Origin: Macrostomum lignano
Lineage: Eukaryota
Assembly: GCA_002269645.1 (NCBI GenBank)
Contig: NIVC01000151.1
Coordinates: 620,001 to 684,000 of the forward strand
Length of the DNA stretch: 64,000 bases
Direction of reading: 5' to 3'
In this document: piece by piece, positions 1 to 11,523 of the stretch
Position numbering within the stretch: the stretch's first letter is position 1
Layout: every line of letters starts with the position of its first letter
Notes under the pieces: model-generated
What the model was told of the DNA's origin: nothing
The model's input: only the letters and a program-made list of their open reading frames with translations
The model's database searches: none
Made by a program: the position numbers and the translations under genes

Positions 1-501
1 TCGACCTCGTGCATCGATTATCGACCTCTAATTAGGCTACTGAACTCATTAATTTACAGGAAAAACCCATTTTTGCTTAGCAAACTGTACCTGCACAGTT
101 CAGTGCCTCAAATCAGAGCTGTGCAAGATTTTTGTTTTCAAATCTTCAGCCAAAGAAATACGCGGAGAAGGATTTGTTACTACTCAGCTTTCTTCTATCT
201 CTTGCTTCGCCTTTGAGTTCAAAGGCAGTTGTTTGGTTGCATGGCATTGGCTCTGTCCAGTCGGTACAATTGCCCTCAGCTAACAAGCTGTGGGGAACTA
301 TTGTCCCTCCGAGCGGCTCAGGAAGACTTCAATGCTGGTTGGCAAGTCACTGTAGCCGAACGGCTGCCCACTTGCGGTTCGCTATCGATTGCGCACCCAA
401 CGATAAATGGCAGCAGCGGCGATCGGACTGGGGAATAGCTTGGTCTGCCCGAGACAAATGCAACACTAGCCAGCTAGCAAGGCACGGACACAAAACTCCC
501 C

Positions 502-1572
502 ATGGCCCAAAGCTCCCCGAGTCCTCCGCTGAGATCCCGGACAGCCAGCGGAGGCGCCAAGCGCTACCTAGAGCAGCGCCGCCAGCAGCAGAACCAGCAG
601 CTGCTTCAGCAGTGCAGACAGTCTGCCGAAGGGGCCGACCACCGAGCGAGCGGCCGGACTTCGACTGCAGAGAGCAACGTTGAAGCGACCGAGACGAATC
701 GGCTGTTCCTGGAAAGTCTGGAGGCGGCGGAAGCCGAGGATCGGCAGCTTCAACAGCCGAAATTTCCTGCCGCTGCAGCCTCCACGCGGCGGGCTTCGCT
801 CGACTGGAGCGAGGAGCGCTTTGGCTGCTGGCGTCCGCCGCCAGACACGCGTCGCGAACTGCTGGCGGCCGCCGAGCAGCACCTGCAAGCGACCACAAGC
901 CCAGCAAAAAGCGAAGCTGGATCCGGCGACACCGACAGCGAGCCGGAGTCCTGCTACGTGCCGCGGTCCGTGTTCGACTTCAAAAGTCGCGCCGCTTGGA
1001 AGCCGAGCGCCAGGCCGAGACCGGGGACCAATCAGCTGCCAAGGCAGGCCGAGCAGCATGAAAACCTGCCGGCCTCAGCCAAAAGTTTAAGCCATTTGGA
1101 GAACAGCTCAGAGGCTCCTACTAGAAGTCTCAGCGATTCACCAGAGCATCAGACGCGAGCATCAAGCGGGGCTCCCACCGACCACTATGAGCACCAGCCG
1201 CGAGCCTCAAGCGGGGCTCCAACCGGCCATCATGAGCACCAGCCGCGAGCCTCAACCGGGGCTCCAACCGGTCGCCATGAGCACCAGCAGCAAGCCTCAC
1301 CCAGAGCTGCCGATAGCAGCCAGAATCAGCCAGCTCGGACCGAGTGGGAGTCCCGCAGCTGTCAGTCGGAGGTGCCCCACCTGAAGCAGCTGCGGGCTCT
1401 CCGACAGGCCCCCGCCTACTCGAAGGCGAACCCCCCGATGGACGGTGCAGAGGTCGATCCAAACAGACGGCTGTTCATCGTGAAGCGCTACCACCCGGCC
1501 GAGGTGCCGAACAACTTCATCAGCGCCACCTGCAGTCAGTTCGACGACCAGATGAGCGAAACCTCCGTCTGA
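502..1572 (+). CDS. Intronless ORF, 356 aa, Q/S/A-rich low-complexity protein of unknown function
   Basis: ATG start, GC-rich coding-like composition, stop followed by AT-rich 3' sequence. Internal ~14-aa repeats (HEHQPRASSGAPTG) and a more ordered C-terminus (NPPMDGAEVDPNRRLFIVKRYHP). No family recognised. Confidence 0.5.
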   Translation: MAQSSPSPPLRSRTASGGAKRYLEQRRQQQNQQLLQQCRQSAEGADHRASGRTSTAESNVEATETNRLFLESLEAAEAEDRQLQQPKFPAAAASTRRASLDWSEERFGCWRPPPDTRRELLAAAEQHLQATTSPAKSEAGSGDTDSEPESCYVPRSVFDFKSRAAWKPSARPRPGTNQLPRQAEQHENLPASAKSLSHLENSSEAPTRSLSDSPEHQTRASSGAPTDHYEHQPRASSGAPTGHHEHQPRASTGAPTGRHEHQQQASPRAADSSQNQPARTEWESRSCQSEVPHLKQLRALRQAPAYSKANPPMDGAEVDPNRRLFIVKRYHPAEVPNNFISATCSQFDDQMSETSV

Positions 1573-1979
1573 TTCAGCAGAGCCATTTAGAACTCAATAT
1601 AAAACCTGCTCTGAGTAAGGAAGCCCAACTATACCCGTACTATAAAATATACTAATATAGCAAACATACTGATGGCGGGCTCCAGAATTGATCAGTTTGA
1701 GTTGAATTGCTTTTCTTCTTATGGGGCATTTGAAAATCGAAAACAACTCAAACAGAAGTCTGAAAACACCTTCATCTGAGTCTTATTACTCAGGGTATGA
1801 TCATGCTGGAAAATAAAAAACTGTTTAAAACAATTAACAGAAACAAATTACTTCAGCAATCGTCCATGTTGAACGTAAGCAATAAACAATATGCTCATCC
1901 GCTGTATTCAACCTGCAATCAGACTAACTCCACAAAGTATGTCTCGATCGGTACTTCGTCAATCAACAAAGTTGATAAT

Positions 1980-2822
1980 TTAAGCTTTTCGCAGGTGGCG
2001 TTTCTTGTTTGGCTTGCGCAGCTTAGCACTGCTGGTCTTGCGCAGGGAGCCCATGGCCACCGACACGATGCGGTTGCGGATCTGCGGGTGAATGCGGAGA
2101 GCCAGGCTCAGGGACTGATCACGGAGCGGAGAGGCAGACTCAGGGACTGATCAGGGAGAGGAGAGGCAGGCTCAGGGACTGATCAGGGAGAGGAGAGGCA
2201 GGCTCAGGGACTGATCACGGAGCGGAGAGGCAGACTCAGGAACTGATCACGGAGCGAAGAGCCAGGCTCAGGGACTGATCACGGAGCGGAGAGCCAGGCT
2301 CAGGGACTGATCACGGAGCGGAGAGGAAGGCTCAGGGACTGATCACGAAGCGGAGGCAGGCTCAGGGACTGATCAGGGAGCGGAGGCAGGCTTAGGGACT
2401 GATCAGGGAGCGGAGGCAGGCTCAGGGACTAATCAGGGAGCGGAGCAGCTGCCAGCAGCCGGACCCACCTGCTTGGCCCGCGCACACCTGAAGCGATCAA
2501 AGTCGGTCATGCTGGCCCGCAGCCGGCGAGCCTCGAGCTTCTTGGCCCAGCTGGTGCCAGTCCAGCGCTCGTCCAGGTTGGCGGCCAGCCACTTCCTCCT
2601 GACCACGGCGGTGCGGGAAGAGTGCGGCAGGGGCAGGTGGAAGCCGGTCAGATGCAGCCGCTTCATGTCGCACACCTGCCGGCGCACGCCGGTGCAGGGA
2701 CCGTCGATAAGCACACGGTTCTGGTCGACAATCTCGGCGATGGCGCACACCTTGCCGGAGTCCGCGCCGTTGGCAATGAAGGCCACGCGGCCGACTTGGA
2801 CGAACTTGTCCAGCTTGCCCAT
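1980..2822 (-). CDS. RPL14: 60S ribosomal protein L14 (eL14); complement(join(1980..2081,2469..2822))
   Basis: MGKLDKFVQVGRVAFIA...VDQNRVLIDGPCTGVRRQ...WAKKLEARRLRASMTDFDRF are eL14 motifs. GT donor at 2468 and AG acceptor at 2082 join in phase 0 to IRNRIVSVAMGSLRK...KA*. Confidence 0.95.
2092..2432. repeat. ~31-33 bp minisatellite filling the RPL14 intron
   Basis: Unit CAGGCTCAGGGACTGATCACGGAGCGGAGAG, about 11 copies, occupying almost all of intron 2082-2468. Confidence 0.9.
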
Positions 2823-3147
2823 CGCTGCTGAAGCAGTTAGGAGAGTCCAGCTAAGTGTACACTGGCTGCACTTACAGACCTAAGTTACCTAAGCGTTTTT
2901 TATATTTAAAGATTACTGCCATTTAACAAATTGACAAAAGTCTAAATGCATCAGAAATACATCGTTTATAATTGAAACTTAGTTGACTGATGGCATAGCA
3001 GTGGCTACTTCTATATACCATCTCAACTTTAGGTACTATACACATGCCATTGCCAGTCACCCAACAAAATAAAAAGAAATTTTAAAAGCATAAAATATTC
3101 TTTAAAAACATTGGTTACTGAATATTTTCATAACTGTTTGCATATTT

Positions 3148-5202
3148 ATGGTGTATAAGAGCAAGAATGAATTTGTCTGGGAAGAAGAGCATCACAGAGC
3201 ATTCACTGCCATGAGGAAAGAATTAGCAACTGTTCCTACACTGGCGTATTATGATTCAAGCAGACCTACGGCGCTATACACAGATGCGTCAAGACTCAAA
3301 GGTCTTGGTTTCCTGCTAAAACAGAGGCAGCGCGATGGCGCATGGAAGCCTGTACAAGCTGGATCAAGATTTCTCTCTGCTGCAGAAAGCAGGTACGCGA
3401 TGATAGAATTGGAATTATTAGCTGTTGCCTGTGCCACTAAGAAGTGCCACCTCTTCCTGGAAGGACTGCATCACTTTGAAATAGTGATCGACCACAAGTC
3501 ATTGGAGCCCATTTTAAACGATTACACCCTGGACCAAATCGACAACCCGAGAATTCAGCAGCTGCGGCAAAAGCTCGACCAATTCTGCTTCACAGCTCAG
3601 TGGATCAAGGGCAAGCTAAATGAGGACGCCGACGCACTGTCCAGAGCGCAAGTGGAGAAGCCTAAAGCGAGCGATCAGATCCTGGAATTTGACAACAGGG
3701 AGTAGGCTATCAGCTCAGTGCACGCTCTGTCGCAGTTGGAGAAAGAAATCTCCAAAGCAGCAAAGCGTGATTCAGAATATCAGCTTCTTAAGAAGACAAT
3801 CCTAGATGGTTTTCCAAACTGCAAGGCGAACCTCCAAGAGAACATCCATGCATACTGGCACCTACAGCAACAACTCTGCGTCGAAGACGACCTTATCCTG
3901 GCTGGATGACGGCTACTGATTCCTAGGAAGCTAAGGAGAAGCATCCTCAAAAATCTCCTGAAGATGCACCAGGGATGCCACAAAATGAAGGAGTGAGCAA
4001 GGCAAAGCATTTTCTGGCCTGGCCTGATCAAGATTGCTAAGACATGCAAACCATGCCAAGAAAATCTTCCTAGCCTGGCAAAGGAACCCATGGTTGTTCG
4101 AGAGCCACTGGAATGAGTCTTCCAAGAGATCCATGCGAATCTATTTGAATATGCAGGGAAGAATTTCCTTGTCATTGTGGATGGCCTATCCGGTTGGGTA
4201 GCTCTCAATTACCTCAGCAATGATACACCCCCAACCAAAGTTGTCAGAGCTATCCAACAGAGATTTCTTGAGAAATTGGTCCCCGACATTTTCTGGTCAG
4301 ACAGCAGTCAACAATTCAATGCAAAAATTTTCAAGAATTTCCTAGCACGCTAGAATGTCAAACACCGAGTATAGTCTCCATACATATACTAATATTATCC
4401 ATAGACCAACAGACGCGCCGAAGCTAGGGTGAAAGAAATGAAGAAGATCGTCAGAGGGTCTTGGAACCATCAGACTGGCATGTTGGACTGGGAGAAACTG
4501 TCACAAGGTCTTCTAGTCTATCTCAACACTCCAAGATACGAGGGCAAGTCACCAGCTCAAACAGTGTTTGGCCACCTAATTCGTGACACAATTCTAGCAC
4601 ACAGAAGAGTGTTTGCACCTGAATGGCAAAAATCTGCAGATGAGATCAAGAAGCAGGCTAGAGTCAAGGCAACTTTGGAGAAATACTATAACCAATATGC
4701 TTAGCCCCTGCCGGACATCAAAGTCTATGATAGAGTGGTGGTTCAAGACTGTCGCACCAGAAGATAAGACAAATATGGTATGATTGTGGAAGCCAGACAG
4801 AACCGAGATTTCATGATTTGACTGGCAAGTGGGAGATGTCTATGGCAGAACCACAAGTTTATTAGGAAGTGGATCCTAGTTAGCCCATTCAAGGCCACAG
4901 ACAGTGCTACTGAGCAAGGCATGCCTGGAGTATCTAGAGGGTCGGCTCGGCCAAGCCAAAGAGGACCCAATTTGGCCAAGAGACTAAGAAACCTCAGAGG
5001 TTACAGGTTAATACTAGGAGGAAAACCTATGATAATTGAACTTTGAAAGGGGAGATAGTATATCCCTAGCCTTAGTTGTGTGGCTTTGGCCATAAACAAA
5101 TATATATATGATTGTAACCATATATATGCAAGTATACTGAAGATGGCCTTTATGACTGAGCGGATTATTAAGCTAAGCCTTTTTTCTATTAGATGTACAA
5201 CA
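3148..5202 (+). mobile_element. Degenerate Ty3/Gypsy LTR retrotransposon (RNase H, integrase, PPT, probable 3' LTR)
   Basis: RNase H-like LYTDASRLKGLGFLL...YAMIELELLAV...DHKSL; integrase zinc finger HQG...CKPC and core VIVDGLSGW with in-frame stops; polypurine tract AAAGGGGAGA at ~5046-5055, then an LTR-like segment ending TACAACA at 5202. Confidence 0.85.
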
Positions 5203-5807
5203 ATTTATCGCAACAAAATGGTTTCCTTAAAAAAGACTAAAAAGTGATACAACATGCCATGGCTAAAATATCTATGCATCTTAGCCATATTAAAAAATAT
5301 CTTATAATACAATAGGCCTAGGTGAGACATAAAAAGCATTATTGAATAAATATAATTGTCATACTTATAGGCCTACCTAAAGAAGCTCAAAACCTTTTTG
5401 GATTTAATTAAGGTTAGTAGACAGTAGTATTGTGTTGCTTAGGAATTGAAGCTATCAAGGCCAAATATACATTGTTACAAGAACAAGGGGTATGGCCTAT
5501 ACAGAAAATAGGCCTAGGCCTAGTGTACTTTTTGTGGACACTTGGTATTTAGAAGAGGGCTTCATTTGACATTTACATGTATTATTGATTCACATACATG
5601 TACTTTTCATATCATTAATTTTTGTATAGGCCTACACATGTACATTTCAGCCCCAGTCCCATTTCTAATAGGCCTATGTTCAAAATAGCACCCACCCGGG
5701 CCACCCCATTTATTTAGAGAAATTTTGTTTTTTGTTTAAGTAAAAAATTATCTGTCTTTCCTGGGAGAGTGTGCTTCTTGTTCTTGGCTTTTGTTCGTTT
5801 GGCTAGT

Positions 5808-5852
5808 AACCGAAAAAAGGTCTCTTACTGCGAAGACTCAATTTATTGCATG
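5808..5852 (+). other. Genomic copy of the flatworm spliced-leader (SL) exon with no downstream GT donor
   Basis: AACCGAAAAAAGGTCTCTTACTGCGAAGACTCAATTTATTGCATG. The last 34 nt equal the recalled Macrostomum SL (CGGTCTCTTACTGCGAAGACTCAATTTATTGCATG). It starts AACCG and ends ATG like flatworm SLs, and is followed by AACC rather than GT. Confidence 0.85.
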
Positions 5853-6419
5853 AACCTTCAAAAGACTTGGTAGGTAAATACGAGCCTCGTATTATAATAG
5901 TTGCATTGACAATGACAAGTTTGGTGTCATTTAAGAAGTGGCAAGTCTCTTTTTTTAAAATGACTTAAACTGCAATTGATTTGGATTTACATATTTTTTT
6001 AGATGGCTAAGCCAAGGACAATGTCAAGGACAAGGTCGTAAGCTAGTCATAATGTAGGATAGTTGGGTAGTGGCCTGGTTGGCACATTTCTTCCCGTTAT
6101 GGAATAAAACCGGTGATATTGTTTTTCATTTATAATAATTTTATAATTTTATAACAATTTTAAAATGTTTTGGATAAGCAGCTAATGCTGTGTTGCCTAT
6201 TTATTAAGAAAACTAGGACTAGTTTGTTTAACTGCTTGAAAATTTATAGTTTATACTGTTGCTAAATGAATTTGATTCAAAACTACGATTCCAATTTTTG
6301 GATTATGAGTCGTGACAAATCGCAACAGGACGGTGCAGTCTGCTGAATAAGCAAAATAAATATAACTATTTAAAGGTTAATGTTGTATTGACTCTGATAG
6401 ATAAAGATTACAATTAAAG

Positions 6420-6702
6420 ATGCCACGAGACTATGAACTCAACCGACATATTCGATATGAGGTTATTGGTACAAAAGAAGATCCAAGCGCAAAAGCCCAG
6501 AAAGCCAGATTGGCGGTAAGTGTTTTCTTTGTCAACATTAGGAGCGGATTTAGTACAACGGGCTCACCCCCATTCAAATTTAATTTTTTTCTATACGGGT
6601 ATTTGAAATTTTTATACGAATAAATAATCAAAGCAAAGATACTTGAGTATAGTAATCTGCGCCATCCGTTCAAAATTTTCTGGATACGCGCTTGGTCAAC
6701 AG
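6420..6702 (+). CDS. Possible two small exons of an unknown (perhaps TE-associated) gene
   Basis: ATG..MPRDYELNRHIRYEVIGTKEDPSAKAQKARLA|GTAAGT, then a candidate exon ILEYSNLRHPFKIFWIRAWST|GTGAGT. No homology recognised. Confidence 0.25.
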
Positions 6703-7764
6703 TGAGTTATTTGAGAGTATTGCTAATATATTGTCTTCCTTTTCTGATCATTCTATTCTGAGAAAAGTGATCCACTTAAAATCTCGAAATAAAAAAGATG
6801 ATTTGATTGCAGAAAATTTGGAAAAAGTCCATACACACTGATTAGTTTTAATTTGAGACATGTCCATTCATCCCTTATCAGTTATCACATATGCCACGTA
6901 TAGTGTTGATGGCTGTATATAAAAAAATATTTTATATAGAAGCAATGGTCTTTGCAGTTGTTTTTTGGTACTCAAAGTGTTGTCCTAGGCCACAGTCAAA
7001 AATTTTTATTAGTAACTAGCCTAGCAGAATAATATATAGTGCAGTCCCATCACATGTACATGTAACTATTATTAGTGCTCACGTTAATAAACTTAGTAAT
7101 GCATTTCACGATTTTGGACACCGGTCAAAGCTTCAGATTTAAAAGAGTCTCTAGGCTATTTAGTATTGAGTTGTCAATGTCCAATTGCTATGCAATAGAA
7201 GAGAGCTCATAGTTAATGGAGCATTCTATTTTTCATAATTCAGATAAAATTTAATTGGGGTGTGAATACTTTACACCCCTCCCGACTATTTTCTCTTCCT
7301 GAGCATCTCAATCGGCGTGTACAATTCCTGATATTTTGTCCCTTTTACTAGAGCGGTGACCGCTACGGTAATTTTTTCGCAGAAAATTTCCTATAGAGCC
7401 TACTTCAAGCAGTGCTGTTAGTTACGTTATGCTTTATTTATTTAGGGTCGAAACACCTCCCCCAGGATGGATAATTCCGCGAACCCGTGCAAAGGATTTC
7501 ATTAAGCCTCCTTTGTTGGCCTTGGCTTCTATTCTTATCATGTTCTCTTTGCCTGAGAGAGGATCAGAAAAGCGGTTTGGGAGTCCCGGACTCGTTGAGA
7601 TTCGATCTCCGCATTCCCGCCTGTTTGCGGCAGGCGAACTTGCTAGTTTGAGTGGCGACCGCTGATTTTTGTAACCTGGAACTGACTTGAAGTGCGGGGC
7701 TGGTGAGGCAGATTAGATTTTAGTTGAATAGTAGGCTGCGAGATTCCAGAAAACACGCGCGCCA

Positions 7765-8070
7765 ACTATTTTTTGCCCACCTTCTCGAACAAGTATCAAG
7801 TCTCCAGCCCTCCGGACAGTCGAGATATTCAACGATTCTGCCAGGAGGTATTCAACGCACCCCTGTGCGCCAATCAGCACTGCATCTCAGTGCAACCTTT
7901 CCGCACTTCCAAATTTCATCAGCACATCGACTACATGTGTCTGCACCAGCTCTGACTTGGTTGGTCACTGGCCTTCACCAAGGCGGAACTTCTGGTCCTT
8001 CAACGGGTGACACCAGGTGACTATGAACACCCTGTTGCGAATTTCTCTGTTTCTGATCAAGCTTTGGCAG
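7765..8070. repeat. Dispersed repeat fragment, copy 1 (homologous to 25975-26310, internally inverted)
   Basis: Shares a ~200-bp block (CACCCCTGTGCGCCAATC...GACTATGAACACC) with 25975-26190, and an ~85-bp block in opposite relative orientation. Confidence 0.75.
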
Positions 8071-8407
8071 TGGCCAAACCTCAACTGCTGGACATCTTCA
8101 GCTGGTCTCAGGCCTAGGGGGTAGAGCTCGATACAGCTCGATAGACACTGGCAGCGAGTGGCGGCGCTGCACTTTAATCAGCTGCAGCACAGGCCTGTCG
8201 GAGGGCGCGTGGGTGGGCGCGGCGTCTGTCTGCGGGAGCGGGCGGTGCTTGACGCGGCCAAATGTTTTGGCGCTATGCAATTACTATTGCTAATCACAGC
8301 ACATGCATTCAGTGCAATCACTCGGTGCTGTCGGTTTGAGGATGCGTATGGCGTTGCTATGCACAAAATTTTAGGGCAAAATTTTCAGTCTTCACTGATC
8401 AAGTGAA

Positions 8408-8780
8408 TGGTCGGGTGATCGAGTCAATGCTCAGGTGATCGAGTTAATGCTCAGGTGATCGAGTTAATGCTCAGGTGATCGAGTCAATGCTCAGGTGATC
8501 GAGTTAATGCTCAGGTGATCGAGTTAATGCTCAGGTGATCGAGTTAATGCTCAGGTGATCGAGTTAATGCTCGGGTGATCGAGTTAATGCTCGGGTGATC
8601 GAGTTAATGGTCAGGTGATCGAGTTAATGCTCGGGTGATCGAGTTAATGCTCAGGTGATCGAGTTAATGGTCAGGTGATCGAGTTAATGCTCGGGTGATC
8701 GAGTTAATGCTCAGGTGATCGAGTTAATGGTCAGGTGATCGAGTTAATGGTCAGGTGATCGAGTCAATGCTCAGGTGAAT
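8408..8780. repeat. 20-bp minisatellite
   Basis: Unit TGCTCAGGTGATCGAGTTAA, about 18 copies. Confidence 0.95.
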
Positions 8781-8800
8781 GCTCGGGTGTCAAGTCCAGC

Positions 8801-10097
8801 TCAGATTTCATTCGTACCCTCCGGTCTATCGAACCTGGCGAGCTGAATGAGCTGCCGCTGCCGCTGCCGCAACTGGCAAGTCTGCAGCACCGCGGGCTGC
8901 TGGTAGCGGCGGCAGCGCTGCGGCCGCTGCAGCTGGTAGACGATGGCCGGCCAGCCCCGTCCGCCGAGCGTTCGCCGCCGCCTGGCGACGCCGCACCAGG
9001 CGCTGCATCTGAGAACGCGCTGGAAGGACGGGCTGAAGGCCAGCAGGATGAGGAAGTTCAGGCAGGAGTCCACCGGCTGGAACACGCCAGCCCAGTTGGC
9101 CGCGGTATCGAATCGGTGCAGCCGCTCAAGCTGCGCCTCGTCCACCTGGCGGAGCCCCGAGCCCAGCAGGTCGGCCTGGGTGGCCACGTAAGCCACGGCG
9201 AAGGGGAACTGGCAGAGCACGAAGCTCGCGGCCAGCAGCAGGATGATCTTGCTGGCGCGCTTGCTGGACGGGTGCTGCGTGAACCGGACCCGGAGGCTGT
9301 GGGCGATCTTGGCCGACACGATGAGGATGCTGCAGCCCGGTATGATGACGCCCAGCACTGCGTAGCTCAGGAACTTCAGCATCGGGGCCGAGGCCGCCCC
9401 GAAGTCCTCGTACGAGCTGCTCGAGCCGTTGGAGGCGTTGCTGGCGATCCAGGCGGTGTCTCGCCGCTGCAGTAGCTCGCCCAAGGCGCTGGTCAGGAGC
9501 ACCTCGCACGCGCTGAGCAGCGCCACGCCGGACAGCAGGGCGGCCTGACGACGCATCGGCGTCTGCAGGCGAGGCCGGGCGGTCAGGTCCGGCCGCACGG
9601 TGAGCGCCAGGCGGTACAGCGAGATGCCCAGCAGCCAGCTGTTGCGCAGCATCTGCAGGCAGTGCGTGGCGACTCCCATCTGCAAGGTAGAGGGGCGACG
9701 GTGAGAGCCTTCAGGCCACCAGCACTGCTTCAGTCCCTTACAGCCCTGGTCACTGATCTCGGACTTCTCATGCGACACCCCACTCACAAGGGCCGACCCT
9801 CAACGCACAGACCGCACAAGAGATTAAGGCAGACCAGGAGCAAACGAACCCACCTGCCAGGGACCGGGTCCCTGCCGAGCCAGCTGGCAGGCCAGGTAGG
9901 CCGCCATGGCCGCATTGGACAGAATCTCCAGCCTGCTGAGGGTGAGCAAGGCCGCTCTTGCGCTCCCGGTTTCGCTTGCTGATGAGGATGGCACAGCGCA
10001 GTTGAGCAGACCAGCAATGCTGCTCAAGCTCGGGGTCAGACCGAAGGTCAGAAACTCAGGCTGGCTGATCGGCGCGGCTGGCGTTGGCGCTCTGCAT
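8801..10097 (-). CDS. Rhodopsin-class (peptide-receptor-like) GPCR; exons ~9854..10097 and 8801..9679; exon 1 apparently frameshifted
   Basis: TM3-like SWLLGISLYRL, TM5 LGVIIPGCSILIVS, TM6 LLAASFVLCQFP, TM7 DSCLNFLILLAFSPSFQR. Phase-0 GT-AG intron 9680-9853 joins to an upstream TM1/TM2-like segment; N-terminal MQSANAS carries an N-glycosylation sequon. Confidence 0.65.
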
Positions 10098-10424
10098 GGC
10101 TGAGCAGGGGAGGGGGACTGCGATGGCCTCTCTTGGCGCCACCTTCTCAAGATTTTAACCCTCCCGCTGGGGGGTTCGCGATCGCCAGAGCCGCCAATTA
10201 ACCGGTTCCAGGAGCTGTCCAATGGCTTCTGAGCTCACGGCAGCCCAAGCCTATGAGACCGCGGCTGCTGCATGCATCCCATTCTCAGGGCGAGTTGCCT
10301 CAGCTTCACGTGAAGGTGTTGCATTCGTGCGTAAAGACTGACACCTTGCACTGCTGCTCTGCGTTCGCGAAAGGATAGGAAATTTCACCTCAAAATTTCG
10401 AGGCACAAGAATTGCAGATGGAGG

Positions 10425-10925
10425 TGTACTCAAGTCATCTGTATTGCACTCAAGTCATCTGTATTGCACTCAAGTCATCTGTATTGCACTCAAGTCATCT
10501 GTATTGCACTCAAGTCATCTGTATTGCACTCAAGTCATCTGTATTGCACTCAAGTCCTCTGTATTGCACTCAAGTCATCTGTATTGCACTTAAGTCCTCT
10601 GTATTGCACTCAAGTCATCTGTATTGCACTCAAGTCATCTGTATTGCACTCAAGTCATCTGTATTGCACTCAAGTCATCTGTATTGCACTCAAGTCATCT
10701 GTATTGCACTCAAGTCATCTGTATTGCACTCAAGTCATCTGTATTGCACTCAAGTCATCTATATTGCACTCAAGTCATCTTCATTGTACTCACTTAAGTC
10801 ATCTCCATTGTACTCAAGATACCTCTATTGTACTCAAGTCATCTCCATTGTACTCACTTAAGTCATCTATATTGCACTCAAGTCATCTCCATTGTACTCA
10901 AGATACCTCTACGAGTGTTGCACTC
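10425..10925. repeat. 20-bp minisatellite
   Basis: Unit GTATTGCACTCAAGTCATCT, about 17 near-perfect copies plus a degenerate tail. Confidence 0.95.
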
Positions 10926-10927
10926 AA

Positions 10928-10928
10928 G

Positions 10929-10961
<33 letters not shown>

Positions 10962-11300
10962 AACAACAACAAAAACAACAACAACAACAACAACAAAGTA
11001 CGCAGCCTCGCATGCAAAGCCACAGTTAGAGCGGGGCGCGTCAGATGGCATGCCGCAGAGCCTGAGAGCGGACGAAGTCCGCCCCGTTGGCAGTGTCGGG
11101 CGCCCCGGCGTCGCGTAGCAGGCAGTCCACGTATCGACGGGTTTGGGCCTGACCCCGCCTGAACGGACCATGCAAGGTGAGCGGCAGCACGTCCTGAACA
11201 GGTTGGGGGCAGAAGCCCTCGACCGGATCACGTGGCCCGCCAGTTGAAGTCGCCGCCGGCGCAGGATGATGGATGTACTCAAATCACCTATATTGTACCC
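10928..11300 (-). mobile_element. 3' end of a non-LTR retrotransposon (RTE-like) with (GTT)n tail
   Basis: Minus-strand STSIILRRRRLQLAGHVIRS, then frameshifted RRGQAQTRRYVDCLLRDAG, typical of an RT C-terminus. Immediately followed by the (AAC)n/(GTT)n microsatellite at 10928-10996. Confidence 0.7.
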
Positions 11301-11451
11301 CTTCTCCATCAAGCCTCTTCTGCCAGCGACACTAGTGTTTTCCTGCATTTCCATTCACACTCACACTCCATTCAAACTTAATGTCGGGTTTCCATTCTGG
11401 GACCTCAGCGGCATATATCTAACAAATAAGGAAGGAAGACTTCTGTAAGCA

Positions 11452-11465
11452 GTAGCCTTGGCAAC
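11452..11465. promoter_or_regulatory. RFX X-box motif upstream of CFAP141
   Basis: GTAGCCTTGGCAAC matches the GTNRCC-N2-RGYAAC consensus, ~60 bp upstream of the ATG of a ciliary gene. Confidence 0.7.
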
Positions 11466-11523
11466 GAGATAAATTGGCTTCATTTTGAGTAGCGCAATAA
11501 AAGCAAGCTTTCTAATCGATAGG

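Noticed and set aside
236-248. X-box-like GTTGCATGGCATT upstream of the orphan ORF
   Set aside because: One base short and mismatched in the AAC half-site; weak.
5808-5920. Functional SL RNA gene
   Set aside because: No GT donor after the terminal ATG and no convincing Sm-binding site downstream; treated as a relict copy.
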